64,000 nt of DNA, taken from an uncultured Pseudomonadota bacterium. GTDB lineage: Bacteria; Oederibacteriota; Muellerivitia; Muellerivitales; Muellerivitaceae. Location: assembly GCA_963770835.1 (NCBI GenBank), contig CAVYRH010000003.1, positions 356,504 to 420,503 of the forward strand, written 5' to 3'. This document shows positions 47,982-57,396 of the stretch, piece by piece. Within the stretch, counting starts at the first letter, position 1. Every line of letters starts with the position of its first letter. The notes below the pieces were generated by a model, which made no database searches, was not told the origin of the DNA, and worked only from the letters and a program-made list of their open reading frames with translations. The position numbers and the translations under genes were made by a program.

Positions 47982-48768
47982 GTTTGTATGTTCCTTTGCG
48001 GAAGGGAAGCAGCGGAGCGGATGACCTGTAGCCCTGTTAGAAAATTGCTTTAAGCGACGAATCGCGAAAGGCGACGACGGAGGAGGAGGCCGACAGCGTT
48101 CGAGGCCGCCGGGCTGATTTTGCCCGGGGTCCCGGAGGGCCAGGCCGGTTGCTGATTCCTTATGAATCTGTGTTGGCATTCTTTATCTTTGACTTGAGGT
48201 TTCGGATCGCCGTTCGCGGTTTTGGTTTTAAGGCCTTGTTGAAAGCCTAAGTCCCTTCGAAAAATACCTAAGAAGGTTCGCCGACCGCTGATTTCGCGGG
48301 CGTGTAACCTTCATCCATTTAACCATCCGGGGCCAACCCGCCCCTATGTGCAAACAGCTTATTGCTGTTTGCACAACCAAGACGCCGCCCTTTGCCTTGT
48401 GGGCAAAGGGCGAGGTGCCCCCGCTTTGCCAATGGTCTATTCCTAAGAAAATTTAATTCCTTTCAAATGCGCCGACTGCAAAGCACCGCCCACGCCAATT
48501 GAAGATCGCAATTGTCATGGTCGGCAAGGTCGGCGCTGCTGTCGCATTGAAACCAAATTTTTCCTGCGGAATCCCCTTCAAGTTCCTGCCCCCACCGCCG
48601 GCTTGTGCCGGTGGGGGCAGGAACTTAAAAGCCCCGAAAAAAAAGCGAAGGAGCAGGGGAAATGAACGAAGAGATCAAAAACATAGAGGAACTTTTCAGG
48701 GTTCCCGACCAGGAAATCGATAGGTTTTTGGAACTAATCAAAGAAGAAAGGATTTAAGGAGAAAAAAT

Positions 48769-49011
48769 TTGATAAACGAAATTTCTAAAACAGGACTCCA
48801 TTTTCCTTTTTCCGCTTGGAAATGTGGCCACGGATGGGACGACGAAAAAGAGGGGACACCCTGCCCCGCTTGCAAGGGGTTTTGTTTTTCGTGCGGAAGC
48901 AACGCCCTCCCGTTAGACGAAGAAACCGGAAACTGCCTCAAGTGCCAGGATGTTTTTGATTCGGATTATGAGGATTTTATCGAGCGCAGTTTGTCGTACT
49001 TGACTATATGA
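48769..49011 (+). CDS. Small Cys-rich zinc-finger protein, copy 1
   Basis: CGH, CPAC, CFSC, CLKC; near-identical to 54219-54455. Confidence 0.7.
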   Translation: MINEISKTGLHFPFSAWKCGHGWDDEKEGTPCPACKGFCFSCGSNALPLDEETGNCLKCQDVFDSDYEDFIERSLSYLTI

Positions 49012-49052
49012 AGGATACTACACATAATAAGAAGTGAGGTTTTTATGGATTT

Positions 49053-49340
49053 ATGCCGTATTTTCGGAACTTCCGGGACAACATTATGGACCGGGAAGAG
49101 CTTGACCTTTTAAGGTTCCAGGTTTTGGGGCTTGCTTATGCTAAAGACCGTTCTGGTTTTTTTGATAAAATTTTAAAGGGAGAAAAAAGGGTTTTGGTGG
49201 TGAATTATTATTTGTCTTTTAAGTTGCACGCCCTTTTCATTTTGACCGCCCATATCACCAGGGCGGGGGAGCCGCGCGAAAAAGAAAAAGAGGCGATTCA
49301 AAAATACTTAGCTGAAATAAAAGCATTGGAGGGGGAATAA
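49053..49340 (+). CDS. Putative toxin-like partner of HTH gene
   Basis: Coupled to XRE gene; RelE-like size and C-terminus, weak. Confidence 0.4.
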   Translation: MPYFRNFRDNIMDREELDLLRFQVLGLAYAKDRSGFFDKILKGEKRVLVVNYYLSFKLHALFILTAHITRAGEPREKEKEAIQKYLAEIKALEGE

Positions 49341-49679
49341 ATGAAAACACATTTTAAAAAAATTGTTTTGCCGGGAGTTTCCATTGAAGAAGACATTAAA
49401 CACCTTAAGAAAAGACGGCCCGACCTTTACGCCTCTTTGAAGAATCCGAGCCCAAGGGTTTCCCTTGGTTGGAACCTCATTAAGTTGCGGAACAAGAAGA
49501 AATTGACCCAAGTTGAATTGGCCGAGAAGGCGGGTGTTTCCAGCCGGACGGTTTTGAATATTGAAAACGAGAACAGCACCTATAGCCCGACCTTAGGAAT
49601 AATTGACCTTATTGCCAAGGCCTTGGGGGTGACGGCTTCCGATCTGGTTAAGAACGTTGACTTAACCGTAAACTTTTAA
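49341..49679 (+). CDS. XRE-family HTH protein
   Basis: LR.KKKLTQ.ELAEKAGVS...IEN. Confidence 0.88.
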   Translation: MKTHFKKIVLPGVSIEEDIKHLKKRRPDLYASLKNPSPRVSLGWNLIKLRNKKKLTQVELAEKAGVSSRTVLNIENENSTYSPTLGIIDLIAKALGVTASDLVKNVDLTVNF

Positions 49680-49718
49680 AGGTGTTTGCGCCTTAGGAGC
49701 TTTCCAACGGAGGATAAT

Positions 49719-50114
49719 ATGAAAGGCCGAACAGTCGATCATCATGAATTTCTTTTGAAGGAACTAAAAGACCCTGAAATCAGGAAGGGTTATCTAAACG
49801 CCGCCCTCGACAGGCGGGATAAGAAACATATTCTTTCTTCCCTCAAAAACGTGGCGGATGCCTTGGTTGGGGGGAAAATCGTGAAATCAAAACCTAAGAA
49901 ACCGAATAAGGCAAACCTGCCGAAAAAGACCCGCCTGAGAAGTAAATCTAACAAATTCCTTTTTGAATACAATGGAACGAAATTTTATAAACCCGGTCCC
50001 AAACTCGCCAAAGAAATTGACGAGAAGGCGGACGCAATCATGGAAGGTCGGGTAAAGGGGATTCGCTGGAAAGGGTCGTTCGACAAGACCTTCGCTAAAC
50101 AGCCTAAACCCTAG
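49719..50114 (+). CDS. Addiction-antidote-like chimeric protein
   Basis: N-half resembles 52735 ORF (LKD.....YLNAA...LKNVADAL); C-half carries F.KP..K...EI motif. Confidence 0.5.
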   Translation: MKGRTVDHHEFLLKELKDPEIRKGYLNAALDRRDKKHILSSLKNVADALVGGKIVKSKPKKPNKANLPKKTRLRSKSNKFLFEYNGTKFYKPGPKLAKEIDEKADAIMEGRVKGIRWKGSFDKTFAKQPKP

Positions 50115-50212
50115 AACTGACAAAGTTGGAGAGGGTAGGACGCCCCTCCAAACCTTCCCCCTTCAACAAAAAGAGCCCGGAGCCTCTCGGCCCCGGGCCC
50201 TTCTTTTATCTT

Positions 50213-50632
50213 CTATTTCCTTGCCGGGTTTGGCTTCCATTCCTTCCGTGGCCACGTTTTCGCTTGAGAGGGAACCACTGGACTTTCCGGCTTTACCGCC
50301 GCAACTGCGGGCCCTGCAGGGGCCGCCGGCACCGCCGGACTCGTCGGTTTCTCACCCGCCTTTTCCGCCACCGCTTTGCGGTAGGCATCCAGCGCCTCAT
50401 GCGTGATTAAATCCCTTAAGGCCTTGTTCAAGTAGTAAAAGGGAACAAAGCCCACGTCCTTGAACTGCCTTGACGGAACATCCACGAAAGTCCCTTTGGC
50501 CCCCTCGACGATCCTCATACCGGGTAAGGTAACCTCACACCTGCCATCGAAGCCCACCCGAGCGGAGAACGTCCCGACCTGCAGCCCCTTTTTCTCGACA
50601 TTCAACTTCACAACTTCAATCTTTGGATTCAT
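50213..50632 (-). CDS. SpoVG-like protein, copy 2
   Basis: Close paralog of 47480-47896. Confidence 0.75.
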   Translation of the reverse strand: MNPKIEVVKLNVEKKGLQVGTFSARVGFDGRCEVTLPGMRIVEGAKGTFVDVPSRQFKDVGFVPFYYLNKALRDLITHEALDAYRKAVAEKAGEKPTSPAVPAAPAGPAVAAVKPESPVVPSQAKTWPRKEWKPNPARK

Positions 50633-51003
50633 GCGAATCCTCCTCATTTTTATTTGAGGGTTTCGCGCCTTTTTACTGCGCCCCCCTCTACGAACGAGTA
50701 GGGGGGCGCGGGTAAAAAGGATTTTGCTTTTGGCGGAAGGGAAGTAGCGGAGCGGATGACCTGGAGCTCTGTTCAGGCAATCCTTTAAGCGACGAATCGC
50801 GAGAGTGCAACGGCAGCGTTCGAGGCCTGGTTCACCGTCCACGGTATTTGGGGACGAGGGAAGGGGCGTGAGACCCAAGGCCGGTCGCTTTTTTGGCCCA
50901 TAAGGTGAAAAGCCTTTCGGCTTTTTTTAAAAGGTTTTGTTCCCGCCGATTTATCCCCCAACCTTTTCAACCGTTTCCCAAACCTGTAGTCCGGGCGGCG
51001 TTT

Positions 51004-51355
51004 CCCCCGGACCCCCCCAAGGGAAGGGAACAGCCCCTTCCCTATTCCCATCCCTAGCCCGGCGGGAAGTGACCCCCGGAACCCCCGGAAGCGAAAGACA
51101 ACGTGGACGCAAACCAAATCGCCGGGCGGCTGACGCCGTCGGGATCGGTCGGCGCCTAAATTTCAAAACGGGCCGGGCCTCCTTCGTCGGCTTATCCGGC
51201 CCCACAACTGTTTTGGAATTTTCCCGATCTGCTAAAGGAACACCGCAGGACCCTCGATCTTGTTTTACCCCAACAACAACACCTCTTTCGCTCCGTTTGC
51301 GCCCCCAAGGATTTTTGAGGGGGCGCACCCGGAGGGTGCTCTCTCCTCTAAAAAA
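51004..51355 (+). repeat. ~350-bp structured upstream element, copy 1 (copy 2 at ~53352-53705)
   Basis: Alignable non-coding copies with several stems, upstream of ArdC and RadC genes. Confidence 0.8.
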
Positions 51356-51373
51356 TAAAAGGGAGCAGAGGAA

Positions 51374-52246
51374 ATGAAAACAAACGATTTGATGGAGAAA
51401 ATCACCAAACAAATTTTGGAGGACATGGAGAAAGGAAATCTTTTTTGGGAAACGCCCTGGATCAAAACCGGGAACTTCCCCAAGAACGCCGCCACCCGGA
51501 AGGCTTACCGGGGGGTGAATGTCATTTGGCTTACCTCGGTTGCGAGCCATCAGGGTTTTTCCTGTAACTCTTGGCTCACCTACCAACAGGCCAAAACAGC
51601 GGGAGGCAACATCAAGGCCGGGGCCAAGGGGGTTGAGGTCATTTTCTTCAAGCCCTTAACGGTGAAGGAGGAAAAAGCGGAAGGGGACTTTGAAAAGAAG
51701 GTCATCAAATACCTAAAATATTTTACGGTTTTCAACCTTGACCAGACCGAGGGACTTGACCACTTGCGGCCCAAGAGCGCCGAGGAAAAGCCTTTCAACA
51801 AGAACGAGGAGGCCGAGCGCATCCTCACCCAATCCGGGGCGAAGATCGTGGAGGAAAACCCCGACAAGGCTTTTTACTCCCCAACTTTGGACTATATCAA
51901 CCTGCCCCCTCGCAATTCCTTCAAGACGGAGGAGAAATTTTTTTCCACGAGTTACCATGAGCTGACGCACTGGAGCGGCCACCCAAAACGGCTTAACCGC
52001 AAGCAGTCCCTGGTTTTCGGTTCAGTTGATTATGCCTTCGAGGAACTTGTCGCCGAAATAGGCGGGGCTTTCTTGGCTGGGCATGTCGGCTACGAATACG
52101 ACACCCAACACGCCGCCTATGTCCAAAACTGGATCAAGGTTTTAAAGGATGACACCCGCGCCATTTTCCGGGCGGCATCACTCGCCCAATCCGCAGCCGA
52201 CTTTATCTTAGGCGTGAAATTTGAAAAGAAGGAGGAAGCCGCTTAA
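51374..52246 (+). CDS. ardC: ArdC-family antirestriction / ssDNA-binding protein with zincin-like domain
   Basis: W..PW, Y.G.N, W.TY.QA...GG, VFN.DQ, AFY.P..D.I.LP, HELTHWSGH..RL.R, YA.EELVAE. Confidence 0.92.
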   Translation: MKTNDLMEKITKQILEDMEKGNLFWETPWIKTGNFPKNAATRKAYRGVNVIWLTSVASHQGFSCNSWLTYQQAKTAGGNIKAGAKGVEVIFFKPLTVKEEKAEGDFEKKVIKYLKYFTVFNLDQTEGLDHLRPKSAEEKPFNKNEEAERILTQSGAKIVEENPDKAFYSPTLDYINLPPRNSFKTEEKFFSTSYHELTHWSGHPKRLNRKQSLVFGSVDYAFEELVAEIGGAFLAGHVGYEYDTQHAAYVQNWIKVLKDDTRAIFRAASLAQSAADFILGVKFEKKEEAA

Positions 52247-52270
52247 TAACAGCTCCATCCTTTCAGGAAG

Positions 52271-52305
52271 AAAAGCCCCCCGGTTTCAAACCGGGGGCTT
52301 TTTTT
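52271..52305 (+). terminator. Rho-independent terminator
   Basis: AAAAGCCCCCCGG...CCGGGGGCTTTTTTT. Confidence 0.8.
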
Positions 52306-52360
52306 GGGGTGTTCTTTGTCTCGGTGCGGCCCCTTTCGGGATTGTTTTCGAAAGGAAGAT

Positions 52361-52389
52361 TTGACAATGAGTAATATAAATATTACACT
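52361..52389 (+). promoter_or_regulatory. Sigma70 promoter with overlapping palindromic operator
   Basis: TTGACA-17bp-TACACT; GTAATA-TAAA-TATTAC at 52371-52386. Confidence 0.75.
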
Positions 52390-52399
52390 AGGTTCAGGC

Positions 52400-52738
52400 A
52401 TGGAAAACCACCCCTTTGTAGTTAAATATTTGGAGGTAGACGGTAAGGTTTTATACAAGGAGTGGCACCGCCGCTTAAAGGACGAAACCGCCAAGGACCT
52501 TATACGGATGGCGGTTGACCGGATGGAGGACGGGAATTTTGGCGATCATCACGACCTGCCAAAGACCGGGGGCCTTTGGGAATTAAGGATTCATTACGGA
52601 AGAGGTTTCCGGGTTTATTACGGCTATCATAAGGGAGCCATCATCGTCGTGGTTTGTGGGGGAGAAAAAGACAATCAGGATAATGACACAAAGAAAGCCA
52701 CCAAGCTATGGGCGGCTTTTAAAGGGAGCGTGAAATGA
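52400..52738 (+). CDS. RelE/ParE-family addiction module killer
   Basis: GNFGD......G..ELRIHYG.G.RVY, GG.K..Q..D. Confidence 0.9.
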   Translation: MENHPFVVKYLEVDGKVLYKEWHRRLKDETAKDLIRMAVDRMEDGNFGDHHDLPKTGGLWELRIHYGRGFRVYYGYHKGAIIVVVCGGEKDNQDNDTKKATKLWAAFKGSVK

Positions 52739-53052
52739 AATTTGGATTGATTGACCATAAAAGTTATTTGTTTGAAGAACTTCAAGACCTTAAAACACGG
52801 GTCCGATACATAAACGCCGCTTGGGAAACCGGAGATTTTAAATACTTTTTGAAGGCATTGAAGAACGTGGCCGACGCCCTAGGCGGGATGAAAAAGCTTT
52901 CCAAGGAAACACAACTTGCGAGGGAATCCCTTTACACGATGCTTTCCGAGAAGGGAAATCCCACCCTTTCGAGTTTAGAAAAGGTTCTTCACGCTTTCGG
53001 GGTGCGGATTCTATTTGAAAGGGAACTCGCCCGCGGGAAAAAGAGTGCCTAA
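52735..53052 (+). CDS. Addiction module antidote (HTH)
   Basis: AL..VA.A.GGM, RESLY..LS..GNP. Confidence 0.9.
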   Translation: MKFGLIDHKSYLFEELQDLKTRVRYINAAWETGDFKYFLKALKNVADALGGMKKLSKETQLARESLYTMLSEKGNPTLSSLEKVLHAFGVRILFERELARGKKSA

Positions 53053-53719
53053 ATAAAAAACTAATTCAAATGTAAAGCCCCCCGGTTCTGTACCGGTTGG
53101 GGCTTTTTTTGTTTTAAGGTGTTCTTTGTCTCGGTGCGGCCCCTATCGGGATTGAGGAAGGTTCGCCGGCCTTTGGCCGTGTAACCTTCCCTTTGCCGCG
53201 CCTCGAAAATCATAAAAGCAGGGAAGGGAAGTACCCCTACCCTTTTGCAAACAGCTTCAATGCTGTTTGCACCACCACTGCGAGGCCCTCGCTTTGAAAG
53301 CGACGGGCCAGGTGCCCACCCTAGCCCGGGCGGTGGGCTCGTTCGAGCCATCCCCCGGAACCCCCCAGGGGGAGGGAAAAGACCCTCCCCTTTATCCCCA
53401 CCCTAGCCAAGGGACAGTGACCCCTGGCAACCCCAGAAACGAAAGACATAGTGGAAGCAAACCAAATCGACGGGCGGCTATCGCCGCCGGGATCGGTCAG
53501 CGCCTAAATTCCCAAACGGGCCACGCCTCGTTCCTCGTCTTTCGGCCCAAAACCTGTTTGGGAATTTTCCCGGTCTGCTAACACCAAAGCGCAGGACCCG
53601 CCGACATTGATTTGCCCCAACACAAACACCTTACTCGCTCCGTAAGCGCCCCCAAGGATTTTTGAGGGGGCGCACCCGGAGGGTGCTCTCTCCTCTAATA
53701 AAAAAGCGGAGCGTTCAAA

Positions 53720-54208
53720 ATGAGCAAGAGAATCAAGCAGTTAGAAATGCCTTTGGAAGTGATGTTCAAAATTCCCCCCACGGTTCCCCCGGTTTCATGG
53801 TCCGAAGCAAGGGCCGATTACGAGAGAGGCCCGGTTGTAACAAGCCCAGATGATGTAGTGGCCTATTTTGCCAAATACATCGGAGGCAGGGACAAAGAGG
53901 CTTTTGTCACCATGTACCTCGACCACCGCAACCATGTTTTAGAAACGGTTTTGAACAGCGAAGGAACCGTGGACCATACCGCCGTTTATCCAAGAGAGGT
54001 ACTAAAAAAAGCTTTGGAGTTAAACGCCACGGGCATCATATTTTCCCACAATCACCCAGCCGGAAGCCTTGAACCTTCCGAAGGTGACAAAGCACTTACC
54101 CGCCAAATCATCACCGCCGCCCGTGCCTTGGGCATCACCGTTCACGACCATTTAATCGTCACCCACGAAGGACATTTTTCCTTCCGTACCGCAGGGCTTT
54201 TGGTTTAA
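53720..54208 (+). CDS. RadC-like JAB-domain protein (short, mobile-element type)
   Basis: E.F..MYLD..N, GTVD...VYPRE, HNHP.G...PS..D, DH.I. Confidence 0.92.
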   Translation: MSKRIKQLEMPLEVMFKIPPTVPPVSWSEARADYERGPVVTSPDDVVAYFAKYIGGRDKEAFVTMYLDHRNHVLETVLNSEGTVDHTAVYPREVLKKALELNATGIIFSHNHPAGSLEPSEGDKALTRQIITAARALGITVHDHLIVTHEGHFSFRTAGLLV

Positions 54209-54218
54209 GGAGAAAAAA

Positions 54219-54455
54219 ATGATAAACCAAATTTCTAAAACAGGCCTCCACTTTCCATTTTCCCCTTGGAAATGTGGCCACGGATGGGACAACGAAAAAG
54301 AGGGGAAACCCTGCCCCGCTTGCAAGGGTTTTTGTTTTTCGTGCGGAAGCAACGCCCTCCCGTTAGACGAAGAAACCGGAAACTGCCTCAAGTGCCAGGG
54401 TGTTTTTGATTCGGACTATGAATTTTTCAAAGAAGCCATCGGCCCCCATGTATAA
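54219..54455 (+). CDS. Small Cys-rich zinc-finger protein, copy 2
   Basis: Near-identical to 48769-49011. Confidence 0.7.
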   Translation: MINQISKTGLHFPFSPWKCGHGWDNEKEGKPCPACKGFCFSCGSNALPLDEETGNCLKCQGVFDSDYEFFKEAIGPHV

Positions 54456-54705
54456 AAAAGGAAAGAAAATGAAAGCCCCAAAATTTGAATATATGGTTTG
54501 GGCAAAATTGCCCGGAAAGGAAAATTGGGTTAGGTATGAATCCGATTCTTTTGAATACAAACAACAGGCCACCGCCGACAAAATGGGGCGGGGGGTGGTC
54601 AGGAAATTAAAAGCTAATGTTTCTTATAGGGACTACCAATTTAATCATGAAGTCCGTTTAGTGGGGTCCGGGCCTTGGATCGGCCCGGCAGCTTTCGCCT
54701 TGTAA
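54448..54705 (+). CDS. Hypothetical protein
   Basis: ORF; 3' end duplicated at 36521-36602. Confidence 0.5.
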   Translation: MYKKGKKMKAPKFEYMVWAKLPGKENWVRYESDSFEYKQQATADKMGRGVVRKLKANVSYRDYQFNHEVRLVGSGPWIGPAAFAL

Positions 54706-54860
54706 AAAATTCGCCGCGCTATCGCGCGTGTAATTTTCCTTTTGCCTGGCCGGTTTATTAAAACAGGGAGGGGAAGAACCCCCTCCCCTGGACCCCACCC
54801 CGACCCGCTAAACAAAAAAAGCCCAACTCCTTCCGGAGCCGGGCTTTTTATTTGTTCCTT

Positions 54861-55157
54861 TCAGGAATTTTGATCCAGCTTTTTTTCGGCGATAGCCTGG
54901 TCATAAGCTCCAAGGGCCTGGTCCTCAATGATTTCCTTTAAAGGCTTATTCAGGTAATAAAGGGGAACCGGGTCCTGGTTTTCTTTGTACTTCCTGGTTG
55001 GCAAATCAACGAATAGACCTTTCGGTCCTTCGACCACCCGCATATTAGGGAAGTGCACCTCGTATTTGTCGCCGAACGTCACCTTAGCGGTGAAAGTCGC
55101 CAACAGGTGTCCTTTCTTAGCCGGATAAACTTTCAAAATCTCAACTTTTGGATCCAT
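54861..55157 (-). CDS. SpoVG-like protein, copy 3 (diverged)
   Basis: MRVVEGPKGLFVDLPTRK; GGAGG RBS; terminator 54814-54849. Confidence 0.8.
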   Translation of the reverse strand: MDPKVEILKVYPAKKGHLLATFTAKVTFGDKYEVHFPNMRVVEGPKGLFVDLPTRKYKENQDPVPLYYLNKPLKEIIEDQALGAYDQAIAEKKLDQNS

Positions 55158-55491
55158 AAGACCCTCCTAATTTTTATTTGGAGGTTTCGCGCCTTTTTAC
55201 TGCGCCCCCCTCTACGAACGAGTAGGGGGGCGCGGTAAAAAGGATTTTGCCGTTGGCGAAAGGGAAGAAGCCCTAGCGGATTCCCTGGAGCTTTATTAAG
55301 GGGTTTAGGAAAGCGACGAAGCGCGTAAACGAAGTGCCAGCGTTCGAGGCCGCCGGGCTGGTTTTGCCCGGGGTCCCGGAGGGCCAGGCCGGTCGTTTTC
55401 GGCCTTAAGGTCAAAAGCCTTTCGGCTTTTTTTATAAAGGTTTTGTTCCCGCCGTTTTTCTACAAAAGGGGGTAAAATCATGTGAAATTAT

Positions 55492-55519
55492 TGTCCACGA
55501 CGGGGACCCATCGTGGACA
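55492..55519. repeat. 28-bp palindrome, copy 1
   Basis: TGTCCACGACGGGGACCCATCGTGGACA. Confidence 0.85.
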
Positions 55520-55576
55520 GCTTGGATGTCGACCCAAAGAGAAAAACAGTGATCCAATAAGTAAGGATTAGATCTT

Positions 55577-56350
55577 ATGACTGACCACTATATTTTATTT
55601 GGCGCTCAATCACTTCTTGGCTTTTTTCTTTTCGCTCTTCTGGTCTGGAAACCTATCTTCCGAAGAAAAAAGATCGTACGAATTTGTCTTCTGGTTTTAA
55701 TTGGGCTGGCAATCCTATTAAGTTTAGTTGCGTCATTTTTTCTTGATTCTTTCTGGAATTCCAATCCGGCGGTGGTCCAAAAGGCTTGCCTTGATCTTTT
55801 AATAGTTTTATGGCCTGTCGGTTTGTGCTTTTTATGTCGATGGAAGGCGATAAATCTTAAGGCTCGGGTCTTACGTGTGCTTGGCATATTGTTTCTAGGG
55901 CTTTTCGTCGGGATCAATCTTTGGTACTCCATCCCGGCCATCCTGAATGAGCCATATATGCCTCACGACGTCAAAGTCGAAAGGACCTCACCCCAAAACG
56001 GTACGATCGCCACGATCTTTTTTCGATATGGGCCGAGCATGTTCAATGATGGACAGACTTATCTGAATCTTCGCCGAAAAGGAACCCCATTCCATCCAGT
56101 TGATTATTTACTAAGGAATTATTTGGAAGATAATCCGGCCAACATCATGATTTTGACGGGGTACGATGCCCATTACGAACCGATCGATTTAGTATGGGTG
56201 GATGAAACGCATTTAAAGGTTCTGGTGTCGAACTATGACAAATTGTCCAAAAATACTTGGGCTGATTACGACCATTACGCGACCCTCTTTGAAAAGAAGA
56301 AAGACCGTTGGGAGAACGTCGAAATCGACTACGTGGATAAGAGTAAATAG
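55577..56350 (+). CDS. Hypothetical membrane protein (AT-rich)
   Basis: Four TM + soluble domain; flanked by palindromes. Confidence 0.65.
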   Translation: MTDHYILFGAQSLLGFFLFALLVWKPIFRRKKIVRICLLVLIGLAILLSLVASFFLDSFWNSNPAVVQKACLDLLIVLWPVGLCFLCRWKAINLKARVLRVLGILFLGLFVGINLWYSIPAILNEPYMPHDVKVERTSPQNGTIATIFFRYGPSMFNDGQTYLNLRRKGTPFHPVDYLLRNYLEDNPANIMILTGYDAHYEPIDLVWVDETHLKVLVSNYDKLSKNTWADYDHYATLFEKKKDRWENVEIDYVDKSK

Positions 56351-56382
56351 TTAAATCGACCATGTCGTTCATTAAGGTAAGC

Positions 56383-56410
56383 TGTCCACGACGGGGACCC
56401 GTCGTGGACA
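56383..56410. repeat. 28-bp palindrome, copy 2
   Basis: TGTCCACGACGGGGACCCGTCGTGGACA; 1 mismatch vs copy 1. Confidence 0.85.
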
Positions 56411-56425
56411 AGGTTTTGCGGAAGT

Positions 56426-57208
56426 TTAATTCTGTATCTGTAGGTCGCACTCGGTATTGATGGACTTGGTTTCCTGCTTGAAGACCTTGTCGAAATTCTT
56501 CATCAAGTAATGCACGTCTTCCACCTGGTCGTTCAAGATCTTGTGGAAATCCTGGATCGACATGAATTGCTGCTCGTAGACCTTGGAATAGGGGAAATAA
56601 CTCCAGTGCCAGGGTTCGTCCCGGACCGCCCCGCGTTTCCCCAAATAAACTTTGCAAAAACCGAATACAGGGGCGTTGTGCTCCATCCAGTTGTAAAACT
56701 GGATGACCCGGACGGGGGTATCGGGGTGCACGTTCACCAATTGGCCCCTCAAGCTGGCTTCCGAAATATCCATGTCCGTGCCCCAGTGGTGCCGCGAAAG
56801 GCCGGGAACCGAAACCAGGCTCATGACGGCCCTCACCCTCCTCTTGGCGTCCAGGTTGTCGGTTTTTTTGTAAAGGGAATCGTAATGGTTCCAAATCTTC
56901 ATTTGGTGCTTGAAGGACCTGTGGCCGGAAACAAGGATCAAATGCCAGCCGTCCTGGGCGGCTTTGTCCCGGAGCTTCCAAAAACTTTGCATGACTTGCG
57001 CGATGGCGTATTGGCCGGATTCGGGGTCCTCGATCATGTCGGGAGGCGATTGCAGCCCCAAGATCTGTTCGTCGGTTATGGGGGGAGGAGGGGTTGGGAC
57101 TTCCGGCGCCTGGCCCACCGGGGGAGCCGGCTTAAGGGCCAGGTGCTGGGTGGCGCAACCCCATAGGCAGCTCAGGATCAGGAAGAGGGAAACGAAGCGT
57201 AATAGCAC
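56426..57208 (-). CDS. M15B D-Ala-D-Ala carboxypeptidase lipoprotein (VanY-like)
   Basis: Lipobox LWGC; SG.RS, PG.S.HH.G...D, EPWHW. Confidence 0.88.
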   Translation of the reverse strand: MLLRFVSLFLILSCLWGCATQHLALKPAPPVGQAPEVPTPPPPITDEQILGLQSPPDMIEDPESGQYAIAQVMQSFWKLRDKAAQDGWHLILVSGHRSFKHQMKIWNHYDSLYKKTDNLDAKRRVRAVMSLVSVPGLSRHHWGTDMDISEASLRGQLVNVHPDTPVRVIQFYNWMEHNAPVFGFCKVYLGKRGAVRDEPWHWSYFPYSKVYEQQFMSIQDFHKILNDQVEDVHYLMKNFDKVFKQETKSINTECDLQIQN

Positions 57209-57235
57209 TTGGCTGAAATGTCCTTTAGAAAGTTG

Positions 57236-57394
57236 GGTAGTGAGTCAGTTTGAGTTGGACAACCTTAAGGCACCCCTCACCCTACCCTCTCCCCCAAGGG
57301 GCGAGGGTCTTTAGCGGCATTTCCCCCTCTCCCTTGAGGGGAGAGGGCGGGGTGAGGGTGGAGTCGCATTTTCTTTTCAAACTGATGTACTACC
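57236..57394. mobile_element. MITE-like element with 18-bp TIRs and palindromic core
   Basis: GGTAGTGAGTCAGTTTGA ... TCAAACTGATGTACTACC. Confidence 0.7.
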
Positions 57395-57396
57395 GG

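Noticed and set aside
48346..48375. GTGCAAACAGC-N5-GCTGTTTGCAC palindrome (also near 53245) as extra copies of the 37-mer
   Set aside because: Shares only the GTGCAA/TGCAC hexamer; belongs to the leading-region repeat blocks.
50937..51586. Overlapping ORFs 50937-51377 (+) and 50951-51586 (-), and other shadow ORFs
   Set aside because: Lie on structured non-coding repeats or antisense to well-supported genes; no recognisable motifs.
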